A stretch of DNA of 64,000 nucleotides from Fimbriosthenelais zetlandica (taxonomy: Eukaryota): NCBI GenBank assembly GCA_977030845.1, contig OZ365115.1:10540001-10604000 (forward strand), in the 5' to 3' direction. The notes under the pieces are model-generated. The model was not told the origin of the DNA, searched no databases, and saw only the letters and a list, made by a program, of their open reading frames with translations. Positions 51,601 to 64,000 of the stretch are shown piece by piece. Each line of letters opens with the position of its first letter. The first letter of the stretch is position 1. The translations under genes were made by a program, and so were the position numbers.

Positions 51601-54600
51601 ATGGTATGGGTATTAAGAAGACAATTTAACAAAACTCTTCAGCCATTTCCTGTCAAAAGAACTTTTGTTTCGTCTTCGAAGAGGACATATAAAGGAAACT
51701 AGGCATAATGTTACCAGTAATCATTAATAATCCCATTTCCCCTGCCAGACTAAGCTTTAAAAATCCACTAAGCCATTATAATATCATCATGACATACCCG
51801 GGAAAGTTTTACAAGACAGTCTCACACCTCAATGATTAACCTCGTTAAATCAGGCAGCGTTCATCTTTAGAGATCAAGTATTCATTTGCATTACCAAGAA
51901 TTCTCATGATTCATATAGAATATAATTATAGAATTAATTCATCGGAATAGACTGAAGGTAATTATGTACCTCCTGTCCAGGTCGCCAATTACAATCAGCC
52001 TAAAACCTGTGTATATAACAAAGACCCTCTGTGAGAGAAAGATGTGTTTTGAGAGGCAGACTGAAAATCATAGATGAGTACCAAAAAACATACTTAAAAC
52101 CTGAATATTTACTTAAAAACTTAATATATAAATCCATCGTTTCTTAATGCCGGTTACTATATGTTAAAATAATCTTTGAAATTTAAATATTTCAAAAATT
52201 CCCTTTTTGACATGCAAGGACTAAGTGCTTTCCAAACATAGAAAAAGTAAAATCTTTAGTTCTAGGCCCATAGACACCAACTCAACACCTAAATCCATCT
52301 TTTTGTAATTCCTATTCCACTATGTGTAAAGTGAACATTTTCAAACTTCTTTCTAGACTCTTGTCTCTAAGCAAGGAAACTCTAGTACTGGTCCTTAACT
52401 CCTGTCACAACACAGCCTCCTAGCCCTCTATTCAAATTCTCCAGTCCTGCAACCACCCACCATGCAGTCAGCCCTGTTGCCATAGCAACTGTAGAGGGTA
52501 GACCCCCTAGACTTGACCACAACTGCTTGGCTACACCACTAACCATACTCACACCCACTCACCAGGCACCCACCAGTTTCCCCCCTAGACTTGACAACAA
52601 ACCCCTTGGCTATATATAATTCTTTTGAACAATCACTTATTGTGTCAAAGTAATCAATTTCAGGCTAATGTTTTTAAATATGAGAGAACAAAACTAAACT
52701 CTGGATGGGTATTACAAATTGTAGATTCAGATATTCTCTATTTTATACTTAACTTAATTCTCTCAGTGCCAGGAGGCATATAAGTTTCACTGTTACATGT
52801 GGACTCAAATGCTTCAATTACAGAGATGTGTCATTGCTTTCATTAAAAAGAAGCTGAACATTTAATTTTGCAATCAATCTTCTCATTGAATAGAGGCCAT
52901 TGTTATGATTGACCAGCAGAGTTATTCATTGAATAGTTCAAATAAAAAATAGGCTTAATGAAAGAAAGACTTAGGCAAGTCCACTAATCCTTAGCCCCTC
53001 CAAGTGAGCAGTGGAGGGCGGGGGGCTGCTGCAGGTGCTACCTTGACCTTCATGTTTTAAATATTGTGTATTGTAGGCATTAGAAAAAACAATGACTGGA
53101 ATGCATAATGCAATACATGTATGCAAAGGTCTATTTATGTGCTTCAATCTATCTAAGTCATACTAAGCTCTATCTTTAAAAATAAACTTGACAGAGTGAA
53201 AAAAGCATGAAAATATTGACCAATATGGAAAATATTAAAAAAGTCATAACAAATCAACTTATGAGTGGAATGCATAATGCAATATAGGTATCAACAGGTC
53301 TTTTTATGTACTTTCATTTATCTAATTCATTCCAAGCTCTATCTTTTAAAGTAAACTTGCTGGATTGAATAAACTGAAAATATTGGGTTAATTACTTTTT
53401 ACATCATTGTTTCATCATGTTTTGTCATGAAAATAAACAAAAAGAAATGACCACCTTATAAATAACAGCCAAGGGTAACTCATGTACTAAGTGTTTTTTT
53501 CTCAGAATAAAAACCAGGAAGGAGATCGATTTTAAGTGATTTCATCCCCCTGACCTAATTCCACGTAAATAATTAGGTCAAAGGTCAAATATGTATGTCA
53601 ACTTATAGTCCATCATGTATCTTTACACTACATACCATTCATCTTATTCTAGATCCTCATGGGTCCCAAAAAAATTACAATCAAATTTTACCAATTTGGC
53701 TGGTTTGGTGACGTCATGTGACGTTATGTGATGACGTATGACATCCATTCATCACATGTGACCACTTCTTACTATGGTCTACAATATGTGTGAAAACCAG
53801 ATTCCTAGCTCTAATATAAACCCGTTTTTCATCAGTTGTCTAACTACAACAATAATAAAAAAAAAAAAAAAAATAATAGTGTAGAACAACGAGCACAAAA
53901 TCTACAACCCCATTTTCCCCATGAAGGGGAAATGGGATTAATAAAGTTAGGACAAAGTTGCTCTAGTAATACTCTAGGTGGCGGTAGTGAGCTGTGGACA
54001 ACCTCAGTGGAATATCGTCTGCTCTTTTGACCTAGTTACATTCTAAATAGTACTAACCCAGAGAAACATTATCATTTATTTCAAGCCCGATATGCCGTAA
54101 CTTTAAAGCACCAATTCTCAAAAATAGCAACATAAATCTGAATCATGATCATTGTTGTATCAGCCTTCAAACTTGTCACTCAATGGCATAAAGATTGTGA
54201 GCTGATATGTTTAGGGGAGGGTCAATGGGAGAAGGAGAAAGAGAGCGAGCCACAGCTGGCACATCAGCTGTTTCTATCTGTGTAGATGGCCAGCTCATCT
54301 GGCCTAGTTGCCGGAGGCAATACAAAACATAACCTTTATAACAAAATCATTTATATGTAAGATGGCCTTATAGTTATAACCAACACAATATGGTACGGTG
54401 GATATAATGCCAGATGCTTGTGTACATTGGACATAAGGCAGCTCACATAGCATGCTTATCAATGATGCTCCAGATAGACAAGTAAATTGCCGTTTTTATA
54501 CACTTTTTAATTCAGTCTTTACTCGATTTGACGTGGTCTTAACTCAATTTAACGTCGAAATTTACTAAAGAATTAACCAAACTTGTATATATCCCTTTAA

Positions 54601-57600
54601 CGCAGTCACAAGAGGTAGAAATAGTTATGAAATCATATAAAGATTATGACTCATTGCTTAGTTTATTTAGGTAAATGCTACCAACACATGGTCAAGCCCT
54701 TCAGGTATATGAACGCAAAAATTCTGCCAATTAAATAAAGTGACAAGGCAGGAAGTTACTGTACATATGAATGCATGATAAATGATAATATACTAAAGAA
54801 AACAGGAAGGTTGGTTGTTTATGTATAGAAGCAGATCCTGTAGTAACCATGACATGCCTGTAAAATAGTAAATGCCACTGGTTGACCACAAAGGAGCGCT
54901 TCACCACAGTATGTGATACTATCTCCAGCCAGAAGTTCAGGCTTCACAACACTAACGGATCTCAGGCTGGCATCATATATCATGATAGAGTCAAATAGGC
55001 TTCATCGTCCACAAGTGAGCACTGCAGGCGACCTTGCCAACTGAGCTAACGCCCTTACCCAAAGCATTCTGATTAAGGTTGCACTAAGCAATTTGTCTCA
55101 AACAATTCATTTGTACACCTTTATTAATACTCTCTCAATTCATTTGTACACTTCTATTAGTACACTCTATCCCTTTTTTGTCCTCTATACCAATGGTCTT
55201 CAGGATTCCTCGGCCTTCGCCCTTGAAACCCTAAATCCCATAGAGCATCTAGTGCTCATATCAACCTGTGCTCTATTCTCTAATTATTATCCAGTGGTTT
55301 GTTAGCCAGAGCTTTTTCAGACGCCAATTAATAACAAATTCTTAAAAATTTGAAGAAATACTTTGACGAATACATGAGTAGTCGTTTCTAGTGGAACCAA
55401 CCCTTATTTTGATGGACAAACAGTAGAATATTGTGAGAGGGAGACGAGGAAGGTTTCTGTATGTGAGGGAGCAATGACACATGTCTGAGCTATGTGTGTA
55501 TAAGACATTGCAGGTTGTGTGTGTGGGCTCAGCCAGCCGTGGAGGAAGACCTGTGCCATCTTACGTGAGGAGAACAGGTGTGCTAGCTGGTATATATAGA
55601 CATGCCAACAGGTAAAGAGCAGCAGGAGCAACAGGTCATATATCTGTAACAAACGTCAGTTTCAGATAATAATATATAGGGTTATAGGGGTGGGTATGAT
55701 GGGTGGAGCGAGGTAATGAATGAATAGTTGGTTTTTAATTTTTGCCATACTAGCTGGAGGGGGGGGGGGGGTGGGTGGGTGCAAAGACGAGAGTATGGAT
55801 GGATTCGGGGATGAATGGATGGATGGATGAATGGATGGATGAATGGATGGATGGATGGATGGGGGCAGTGTCAGTGGTTGGAAGGATGAATGGGAGGTAT
55901 GGATGACGGAATAGCTGAATGTGAGAATCAATAAAATCGTATGTCAATGTGACCGAAAAAAACTGTTGGAAAGGCCTACCATCTATTTCTAAAACTCTAG
56001 ACTGGTGGGTTTATAAGTAGAGGGAGATAGGATCAGAATGATTGAGGTGAGTGACATGTTAGAACCGTCAGCTCTTATAACAGGTCAGATGCATGATTCA
56101 ATCAGTACACAGGTACACTACCTCTACAATATCAAGCCTCCATCAATTAGCCATGCCATACTGCTCCCCATACGGTTACAGCACCTTATCTCACTCTATA
56201 CCTGTAATGTATATATACCGCAGAGAAGGCGGCACTTAGAATGTCACTTGGTCGGTATATGAATTTACTGTAACCTCTTTTTTTAAGAGTGAATCTTTCG
56301 GACTCAAGAAATTTTCTCAATTCAACGAGGTATTTTCCTCATTAAACCTCAATGATTTTACACATGTTTGCATAGAGGTGAGTCTCTAAAAAAACTGAGA
56401 TTTTCGACATCTCTTAAATGAATAATTTCACTAAATATGATGGAGAAAGCTAATGGGTAGGAACATAGATTGAAGTGTGCCCCATTGGGTTACATGAAGA
56501 GAGCCCGAGGCGAGAAGAGGAGGGTGTAAACCGGTCCTCCATCACCCATGAGAGACTTCGTGTTTAACCCTTTCCAGGTTAAAACTGTAATTAATAACTC
56601 CAGATTACAGGTTGTAAGGGTTTCAAATGATGGGTTAGAGTTCCAAGGGTTAAGATCTTTCCGGGCTACCTGGTACAGATGGATTATTAAATACATTAGT
56701 ATAAGAGTGGGAGGGACATGAGTGATGCATCCTGTCATGTCTTAATAGTCATGTTAATGTCGTGGCTATATGGAAGTATAATTCAGGGTTTCACGATCTG
56801 AACAGGAGAACAAAAGATTGACTCTCACTATATTTAAAGAGATCATGTATATTCATATTTATCATAACTGAACAAGGACAAGGCCATATTGGAAAGTACT
56901 GGACCGATTTCAGACCAAGACTGTCAGGTGATAGGAGAGTTCATGCATGTAGTAATCTTCAACAATAGACAGCTTAATTATAGGTTCATATCACTTATCA
57001 GATCTATCAGTCTGCTCTCATGCATTCAGTCGATTCTTACATCAAAATTATTAATAAATTCATTCCAGAATGACTGTCTCTTATTAATGAACATATCCCT
57101 CCAGGGAGGTCTAAGATTCTGATAATATCCGTTATTCAACCATAAAGAATCACTTAGGAAAATGCTAATCGTGAGTTCACAAATTATTATCATATAATTT
57201 GAGTCATTTTAGATAAAGATTAGATTTTTGATACATTCCATTCCCAATAATATTATATATTATAGGGAATGGCATATATAGCTGGGGTCTATATAGCCAT
57301 CCTGTACCTAACAAACTCCTGTTTATTCTGGGTACAAATTATCCACACGTGCTGAATTCAGTCTTAATGCACCACCTGAACTCAAGCATCATTTAAATCG
57401 ATTTCACAAACGAATAGCTATCTTTTGTATATGAAGTAAGACCTCGGAATAGCCATCCAATTATAGCCTGGATGTCTCTCCACCACCAGGTCATTTCACC
57501 CATATTTCGTCTGAAATTCCCAATGGGATTTCACTGGAATAATTCCCTTCATTTTATGTCATCTTATCCCATGGATGAACTATCTCAATGCTGAAGTGCC

Positions 57601-60600
57601 TTCTCTTATGTCATTTTGCAGCTGTCTTGATGATTATATTGCTTTAAAGAAGAGGCCCCTCGAACTTTCTATTACTGAGAGTCATTCTTGGTGTAAAAGC
57701 TTACATATCTTGGCCAGGATTCTCAGGTGTATTCGGTGAAATAATGTGGCCCCATACTCCCCATAATTACCCTACTTGCCTCATAATACATGCTCATACC
57801 GTATATAATTAATGATCTAATTGTATAATAATTTCTATCATATATTCCTGTACAGGTAAAACACTCAAACAGCGGAAATTGCTGCCAATAAGGTAACACG
57901 CAAAAAATACACCTAAGACCTCGAAAAGCCTTTTAACTTTTAACTGTATTAAAAGCTAGAATATTCAATACAGCAACTAAGTGCAAACAAAAAAAGGTCA
58001 CAGACGAGGAAGTTTTTCATGACATCTACAGTTTTGCCATTTGTGACTTGCATAAAATATAAGGTTTGGGAGCAACCATTACCCTGAGCGATGGGAGGAA
58101 AAGAAAGCTTGGCAGTTTAAAAGTCATTACTCCAGACGAGAGTGAGAACAAAGTTCATGTTGGGGAGACAGGTCTGTGGAGAGTGAGTGGATATGATTTA
58201 TTCACACCTTTAAGCTGGAGCAGTATTCACAAAGATACTTGCCTAAGGTAAACCCAAAGAGCCACAGAGCAAAGACACTGAGTTTATTTCAGGTCACGGA
58301 ATAAACCAAGAGACCCAATAAAATAATAATGTCAAATTTCATCTCATAAATGACAATGTAAATATAATCAAACATGTGCATTCATGTGGATTATAAGCCC
58401 AAACTTTAGACAAAGGAACCTTATTAGAGACAGCTTTAGAGTTGAATCAATTCATTTCACATTATATCCATTCCACAGTAGTAGAATATACCTTTGTAAG
58501 CAAAGATTTATAAAGATGGATTTGGCTATGAGCATCATTTGGATCCCGTCGGACCATCATCACACCCCCACCCCCCACCATCACACCCAACCTCTATGTG
58601 TGAGGTGCAAGACGAGCCAATAACTCAAGCAACAAACGACCATCAATCATGAACCTGGCCTCCAAGCCAGCCATGTGAATGGTGGGAAAAATTATATTGG
58701 CATTATAAATGTTTTAATGTCATTAAATGCTCTATATTTCATATTAAAGGAAAAACATCTATATTTCAACCTCAATCTAAGTCTATATAGGGCCTGAATG
58801 AGGTTGCACTTGCACTTTAGATAACCGTGCCAGGCCCCTTTCCTTCCAAAGTAGGCTTATTATATCACCTATATTTTCTTGAACTCTGCACTTACTGTGC
58901 ACATCAGTTCTATTATATGTAGAACCGTAATCCCTTTACTCTGAAGTAGTGCCTAAAGGAACAGTCTGACAAAACATGAAGTAACGCTTGGCCACGTAAC
59001 CACCTCCCTCCAGGCAAATCTGGCACGAGGTCAAAGTAACCAACCTTCTGCTCATTGCCATAAAATCTATCATTCACATCTACATGTAGGTTCTATTAAG
59101 TTTTTAAATTGGAATGAGTCACTGGCTTTAGGATGGACAGACCAACACTTGTGATTGATTCTTTGCACACCTGAAACTATTCACAAAAATATACGGTAGA
59201 TGAGTCAGAATAATTCACAAATGGAAATTCTGGAACCAAGCTGACAAGCATCCATCAGTCACATAAACGAACGGTCAGCATTAACAATGGACACCCTAAC
59301 CTCTGGTGAACTTTGTCATATGAAAAATTTAAAATTTTGACATTTCAGACGAAATTCAAGTGATGTTCTTCTTATTAGGTATGATGTGTCAAATGATTGA
59401 CATGTTGGCAAGTCGCAGCTACACCTCCAGGCATTACAATTACGATGCTGGACTATATCCATTGCTTTCCTATCCTAAAATTTCAATACATCAAACTGCC
59501 GTTTAGCAAGCCAAATGTTCGCCATCAGTTTTGTCATAGATGAAAGTGGAGGCAAGTCGATAGAGACTCAAAATATCAAGTCATTATGCAATAAAATAAT
59601 TGGAGATTTAATGTTTTAATGATGAGTATAGCATGTAGATGTAATCAGTAATCAGACTATAATCATTGACTGACGTGTCTGACTTGGGAGCATCAATAGC
59701 TCCTGGCCAGGCACAACCTGTCCTGCCCTCCGGCCATCTCCCTCCAACCTGCTGCAACCTGCAGTTTCCTCTCTCCAAGTAATTTATTATTAACAATTTC
59801 ACTTGGAATACACTTAACATGTGTCTATAGGGATAATGTAAATCTGATTTGCTAAGATCAGAGACTTTTAGGTTATAAATTGCCTGCGGGCTCACGAGTA
59901 AATGATCATGTATCTTTCAAATGATACACAAGTAAATCCTTCTTAAAAAGTAAGGAATGGAATCTTGCTTTTGAGACTACACCTGGATTTGTTTGACTCG
60001 TTTTGCTTTAACAGTAGCGTAAATGAAAACTGATGCCAAAGGTAGCTGACACCGTAGGTCTAGATGAGCAAATATATGAAAGAAGTGCTGTTTTGTGTGG
60101 GTGTCTATTTGCCTTCAATATTGACACACAGCTTCTACATTGAACTGATACATCCAGTAGCCAAGCTCGGTGTAGACTTGTGCTCCCAGTACATTTTTTA
60201 TTATCAATTATTCCTATTTACACGATATATTTCCTGGTACTAATATTACATGTGGTATATTTTTTATCTGCAGCATAGATCAAGTATATGCCTGGCTTCT
60301 GTAAAATGAGGCTACTCTGTGGCCTTGCACTGAACCTGCAAATGTGTGAACTAGGAGTTCCTTGGGGAGGTATAGTGGCAATAAGCAATGGTCAATTCGG
60401 GGTTTGAACCTTCGACCTTTGCATGGACCCGATGCACTAATTGAGCTAACTCAATACGATTGCTATACAGGATTTCGTTAAATAAATTCCTCGCAAGGAG
60501 ATGGACTTGTGCAAAGCTAGACTTGGCAGCCTACTGACTTAAGACTTGAGAGGCAACCTTGCTTGCCCTGAGGGTTAAACATCCATCCTAATGACAAGAT

Positions 60601-61808
60601 GTGTCATTGCATAACACAAATAATAACCTTTAATCATTGAAACTAGAACATCTTATTGTCATCGCTCAGGTTGGATTGTCAATCAATGAAGATAATCTAC
60701 CAGAAAGGTGCTACCATTATAGTGGAGATTATGGAAAATGGAAATTAGCAGTCAACTAATCCTTGTGCTCAGATTCAAATCCTGACAGTGGCCCTCGGGT
60801 CATAATTACACAAATTGGTCGTATATTGTCTAATTTGGGCGTAACCAGTTTTGTCCTGAGACGTTTTGAAATTCGGTCCAGGAAAAATTATATAAATGAC
60901 TATTTTTCAGTCAGAAAATAACAAATAGGTACATTCACTTCACGTAAGAAATAGGTACATTCACTTCACGATTAGTGTCTGATTTTTTAAGAAAAAACTT
61001 GACTGATTTTGGCCGTGTTGTACCGAGTAAAACTGGCTCGCTCTCCCATCTAACAGTTAGCTTTGTAGAGTAATGGACATGGGTCAGTTAGAGGGGATGT
61101 AATGATGGCAAGCCTTGCCAAGACGAGATTGGCAGGGGGGATTATATCAACCACAGGTCATGCAACCTGACACTAGCCCAGCGACCACTACCTGACAAAC
61201 TAATGGGGAGGAGAGAGGAAATAATCTAAATTTAGTTACAAAAGTCACCTGCAGCAATAAGAGAGAGTGGAGTTTTTGATGGGAAAGGTAAATCACAACA
61301 TGGTGATTTACCATTCCACAACAATGACTCAGCAATCATCCCGGTATTAGCTGGTCTGAGTGAAACTTCAAAGTACATAATGCTGGGATATAAGGCCTTC
61401 ATTTTGTGGTTTTTACCTCCAATTATTTGGAAATTATTGGTATTTTGTACATTCTTTATAGCAATACTGCTTAAGGAAACACTCCCCCAAAATATTTTCA
61501 ACGTTTAATTTGTTTCTGCGAATACCCTGATTTCTTTGATCAGATTTAGCCCAAATCTTTACATATCAGTAGTAGTTTTACATATATTCATTTTTATATG
61601 GAGATTGCTAAAGGGGAGAACTTACCTCCATAAACTGAGCATTGACTTTAAAGTCTGGGACGGGTTGATTATTGTCGAGCGCCGCCTGTCGCCGCTCATC
61701 TATACCTTTAAATAGACACTCTACAGCTCGTGGAATGATGCCCACCTCTTCAGGTGAGATGGAGAGGTCAAAGCCTGTCCCCATGCTATACGTTTTGCCA
61801 GAACCAGT
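18700..61808 (-). CDS. KIF21: Kinesin-like protein KIF21 (KIF21A/B orthologue); 5' exons lie beyond the window
   Basis: 32 phase-consistent exons, 4869 nt: 61626-61808 ([13 protein letters not shown]-loop), 51491-51547 (LYNEE), 51289-51381, 50905-51036 (SSRSHAIF), 50517-50678 (DLAGSER), 45972-46087 (HVPYRDSK), 45536-45731, 45331-45435, 45041-45189, 44429-44662, 44200-44317, 43964-44030, 41521-41715, 40992-41191, 40576-40843, 40306-40454, 39955-40146, 38668-38757, 38271-38439, 38035-38089, 34296-34410, 33889-34161 ([13 protein letters not shown]), 33448-33662, 33096-33251, 25647-25769 (NVFSRLTSN), then WD40 exons 24222-24361, 23897-24077, 22116-22280, 21772-21898, 21429-21599, 20886-21085, 18700-18772. 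Motor + coiled coil + C-terminal WD40 is the KIF21 architecture. Confidence 0.96.
19818..19881 (-). CDS. KIF21: KIF21 alternative (proximal) terminal coding exon
   Basis: Acceptor tttctttctgcattcgcag, phase 2 matching exon 20886-21085; reads (N)[20 protein letters not shown], paralleling the distal (N)[13 protein letters not shown]...*. Confidence 0.7.
22740..23730. repeat. Degenerate tandem repeat, about 3 units, in a KIF21 intron
   Basis: Recurring blocks: actaccccaccaccggcaaa (~23077, ~23591); ggaattttcagacRgcgtttataga (~23128, ~23654, degenerate at ~22795); gataatag...ggctacttccgg (~22947, ~23284). Confidence 0.75.
29406..32359 (+). CDS. Nested antisense gene in KIF21 intron 25770-33095; about 664-aa low-complexity protein with PP1-docking-like motifs
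   Basis: Exon 29395-29692 (acceptor tctacatttgcag, Kozak GCCACCATG at 29406, donor ag|gtgagc, phase 2) joins in frame to exon 30652-32359 (acceptor gttttttgcag, phase 2, 568 further codons). AATAAA at 32902-32907. Confidence 0.82.
43156..43179 (-). CDS. KIF21: Candidate 24-nt KIF21 microexon
   Basis: ctcccacctctcag|actcagaagatgaattagcctaca|gtaagt; phase 1-1 like the host intron; encodes DSEDELAY, matching the acidic neighbourhood. Confidence 0.6.
43639..43746 (-). CDS. Possible 108-nt KIF21 cassette exon
   Basis: Phase 1-1, open: [36 protein letters not shown]. The donor (g|gtcggt) is weak and the sequence contains ggtcaaaggtca repeat-like motifs. Confidence 0.3.
44700..45030. repeat. Minisatellite, about 11 copies of a ~31-bp unit (gagtggctcatctggMYcgagcttctaYtRR)
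   Basis: Directly visible tandem array occupying most of the 378-nt intron 44663-45040. Confidence 0.92.
49237..49900. repeat. G-rich low-complexity region with three copies of a short repeat (one inverted)
   Basis: agctggtgg..ggttcgaggca/ga-cag at ~49500 and ~49680, reverse complement at ~49237-49270; several poly-G runs. Confidence 0.65.
53095..53390. repeat. Degenerate tandem duplication, about 170-bp period
   Basis: ggaatgcataatgcaata...aagctctatctttWaaaRtaaacttg...gaaaatattg occurs twice. Confidence 0.75.
53450..53945. mobile_element. Unclassified interspersed-repeat fragment
   Basis: ggtcaaaggtcaa and tgacgtca-rich body ending in an (aat)n/poly-A stretch; family cannot be assigned without a library search. 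Confidence 0.4.
55795..55862. repeat. (GGAT)n microsatellite
   Basis: Directly visible ggatggatggat array with ggatgaat variants. Confidence 0.92.
60399..60452 (-). mobile_element. tRNA-derived SINE-like fragment
   Basis: Reverse complement gagttagctcaattagtgcatc...ggtcgaaggttcaaaccc has A-box-like and B-box-like motifs; too short and unpaired to be a tRNA. Confidence 0.45.
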
Positions 61809-64000
61809 CTGAAAAAAAATAACAGAAATACATTTCAAATATGTAAATATCTACAGGTCTCCGAGAACACGGCTAGCAAACAGGTAAAAATACAGGAATT
61901 ATAATATGAGTCCAAAATAAGGTTACCAAACAAGTGAAAAAAACAAGTCCAGAACAACCTCAGTCTAAAATAATTTAAGCAAACATGTAAATACATGTAT
62001 AGGCATACATGAATATTATCACTAAAAAGACTAAAACATTCTGAAATATTAGCCACATGTATTCTCTGCCAAAAACGTTATTAACATTTGTTGAAGATGG
62101 CAGAGTTTTGCCATGAACATCTATTAATATTTCTAAGATCATTACTTTTACATAATAGAGAAATATCTCCTCCTGGGGGAGGATTACATAGGAGGCCAGC
62201 GCTAGGTCAGCATGGAAACACAATCAAGCTGGTCATTTGTCTTGATGTAAATGCCGGTAAGTGGGAGCAGATGGTGTCAGACATGGCTACTGAGTCAGCA
62301 ATAAGCATGAAGCATGGCTATCAGACATGGCTGACATGTAATGTACATGCTCATAAAACCAGCTACAAATTTCCCCCAGTGGTTCCCAGCTCCATGCCTC
62401 TGGGATGCTCCTTTTGCTCTTTTTTTTTGTGTTGTGTAAATATCAATGATAGATGACATACTAAGCATCCCTCAGAGGATTTCCCCTCAGATCTCGGTCC
62501 AATAATGATTATTTAACTCAATTTATTAATTCCTGAATTGGCAGAGAGATGGACATTTAAATACTGACTGAAGAATATCAAGCAGCCATTATTTTCTAAC
62601 AGTAAGAGTGGAGACAATGGTGGATGGAATTGAATGAATGAAGAGGTCGACAGAGAGTACCCTGGTCCTGAATGATATATGGTTAGTTTATTTAAAACCA
62701 ACCCTGGGTAACCCTAACAACACAGCAGCTAACTAATGCACTACAGGCTACCCAGACTAACATGGTCAATGACGGGGCATCATGTCCACACCTGACCTTA
62801 TCATGTACTCCCTCACCTGCCCTGACCCTGGATTGACCTTTATCTCTGACCCTAATAGGTCAATGTCCATTTATGGTTATAAACATCAAGCCTGTGCTTC
62901 TGGATGGACTTACATTTTAACAATCAAATACTCATCAATCTATATTTAGACCTGAACGTGATGGTATTAATTGTATTTTTGCAAGCAAGTAAATCAATTT
63001 GCAATTGTCACAAGTGCAGATTTAGGAGCAAATGATTCAATTCCAAAATGATAGGTGATGGAGCAATGAAAAGTTGCTCAGAGCTGGGAAAATATGAAGA
63101 TTTATAGTCCTAGTGCAGTTTGTACACACATCACCGTCCCAGAAATAATGATGCTCACGGGGAGACAAGTCTACACAGGTGAACCATCAGTGTTTTAGCT
63201 GGAGTTAAACCTTCCTCTCCGCCTCCATACCTTTCATTTTCAACACTCATCTATATCAGTTGCAAGTATAGCTTCCCAAAACCACCCAAAAACTTTGGGA
63301 TTTTTGTCTGTTTATATGTTTAAGTCCTGAGATAGCTGGCAGATTGGTGCTCATATAGCCCATATAATGATTTCTTAACACTTGGATAATGGGGGATTTT
63401 GAGATATATATTTGTGGATTGAAGAGTTAGGTAGTTGGGTGTCAGGTGGGTATTGAGGTGTTTAGTGAAGCCTGGAGGAGGTCGGGTGTCATTGTGTACT
63501 ACAGGGGTAGAGACGAGGTTACCAGTATTGTTCTCTCAGTCTCCTGGCCCGCAAGCCTCAGGCCTGGGCTCCACTAACTACACTCCCTATACTGGCAATC
63601 AATCAGCAATCCTATATCTACTACTTAGTCATCTTTTTTTTAAATTCACCAAAATGCTGAAATGGTTTCTGGCAACCGAAATAGTATTAGGTTTATCTTT
63701 AATTGGATTTCTTGAAGAATTGTTGTAATTGACATGGAAATCAGTTTGGTGGAACCAGGCCCTTAGTTGCTAAAAAGTTCTGGGTCAGAGAGATGATCCG
63801 AGGTATAGAATAGGGACTTTTTATCCAGATATTGGAATATATATTATGATTAAAAATGACAGTTCGATGCCACACAGCATGAATTCATAGCTAGGAAGTG
63901 CTGCTTGTACAATTATATGTCGGGATTTGCACCTTGTTTTTCAAACGGAAACCCTAGTATAAGGAAGAGGAAACGTCCGAAAACAAACAACCACAAACAT

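Noticed and set aside
55033-55051. tRNA-like A-box on the minus strand (tagctcagttggcaagg)
   Set aside because: No recognisable B-box or cloverleaf; too short to call.
55662-55947. ORFs with PSIH/SIHP repeats
   Set aside because: Translations of the (GGAT)n microsatellite.
61809-64000. KIF21 5' exons (VRIRP...AYGQ)
   Set aside because: Not found on the minus strand here; presumed beyond the window. The short ORFs listed in this region show no homology I recognise.

Overview
AT-rich, intron-rich animal genomic DNA (marine invertebrate; a deuterostome or echinoderm is only a guess from repeat style). (1) 1-13.2 kb: a head-to-tail tandem duplication (offset about 7.2 kb) of a minus-strand gene for a secreted protein with signal peptide, 4 Ig domains (each split over two exons) and 2 C-type lectin domains. 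Copy B (12760->6764, 15 exons, about 842 aa) is complete; copy A (5991->220) runs off the left edge. The copies are nearly identical in Ig4 and the lectin exons but strongly divergent and rearranged in Ig1-3. (2) 13.6-15.8 kb: a 2.2 kb imperfect palindrome with outward-facing tRNA-like ends. (3) 18.7-61.8 kb: a minus-strand KIF21 kinesin (motor, coiled coil, WD40). I traced 32 coding exons with consistent splice phases; the first exons lie beyond the window. It has two alternative last exons and candidate cassette/micro-exons. (4) Nested antisense in a KIF21 intron: a spliced gene of about 664 aa (29406-32359), low-complexity and unrecognised, with SILK-like and RVxF PP1-docking motifs. All exon boundaries, alignments and counts were read by hand; no searches were run.
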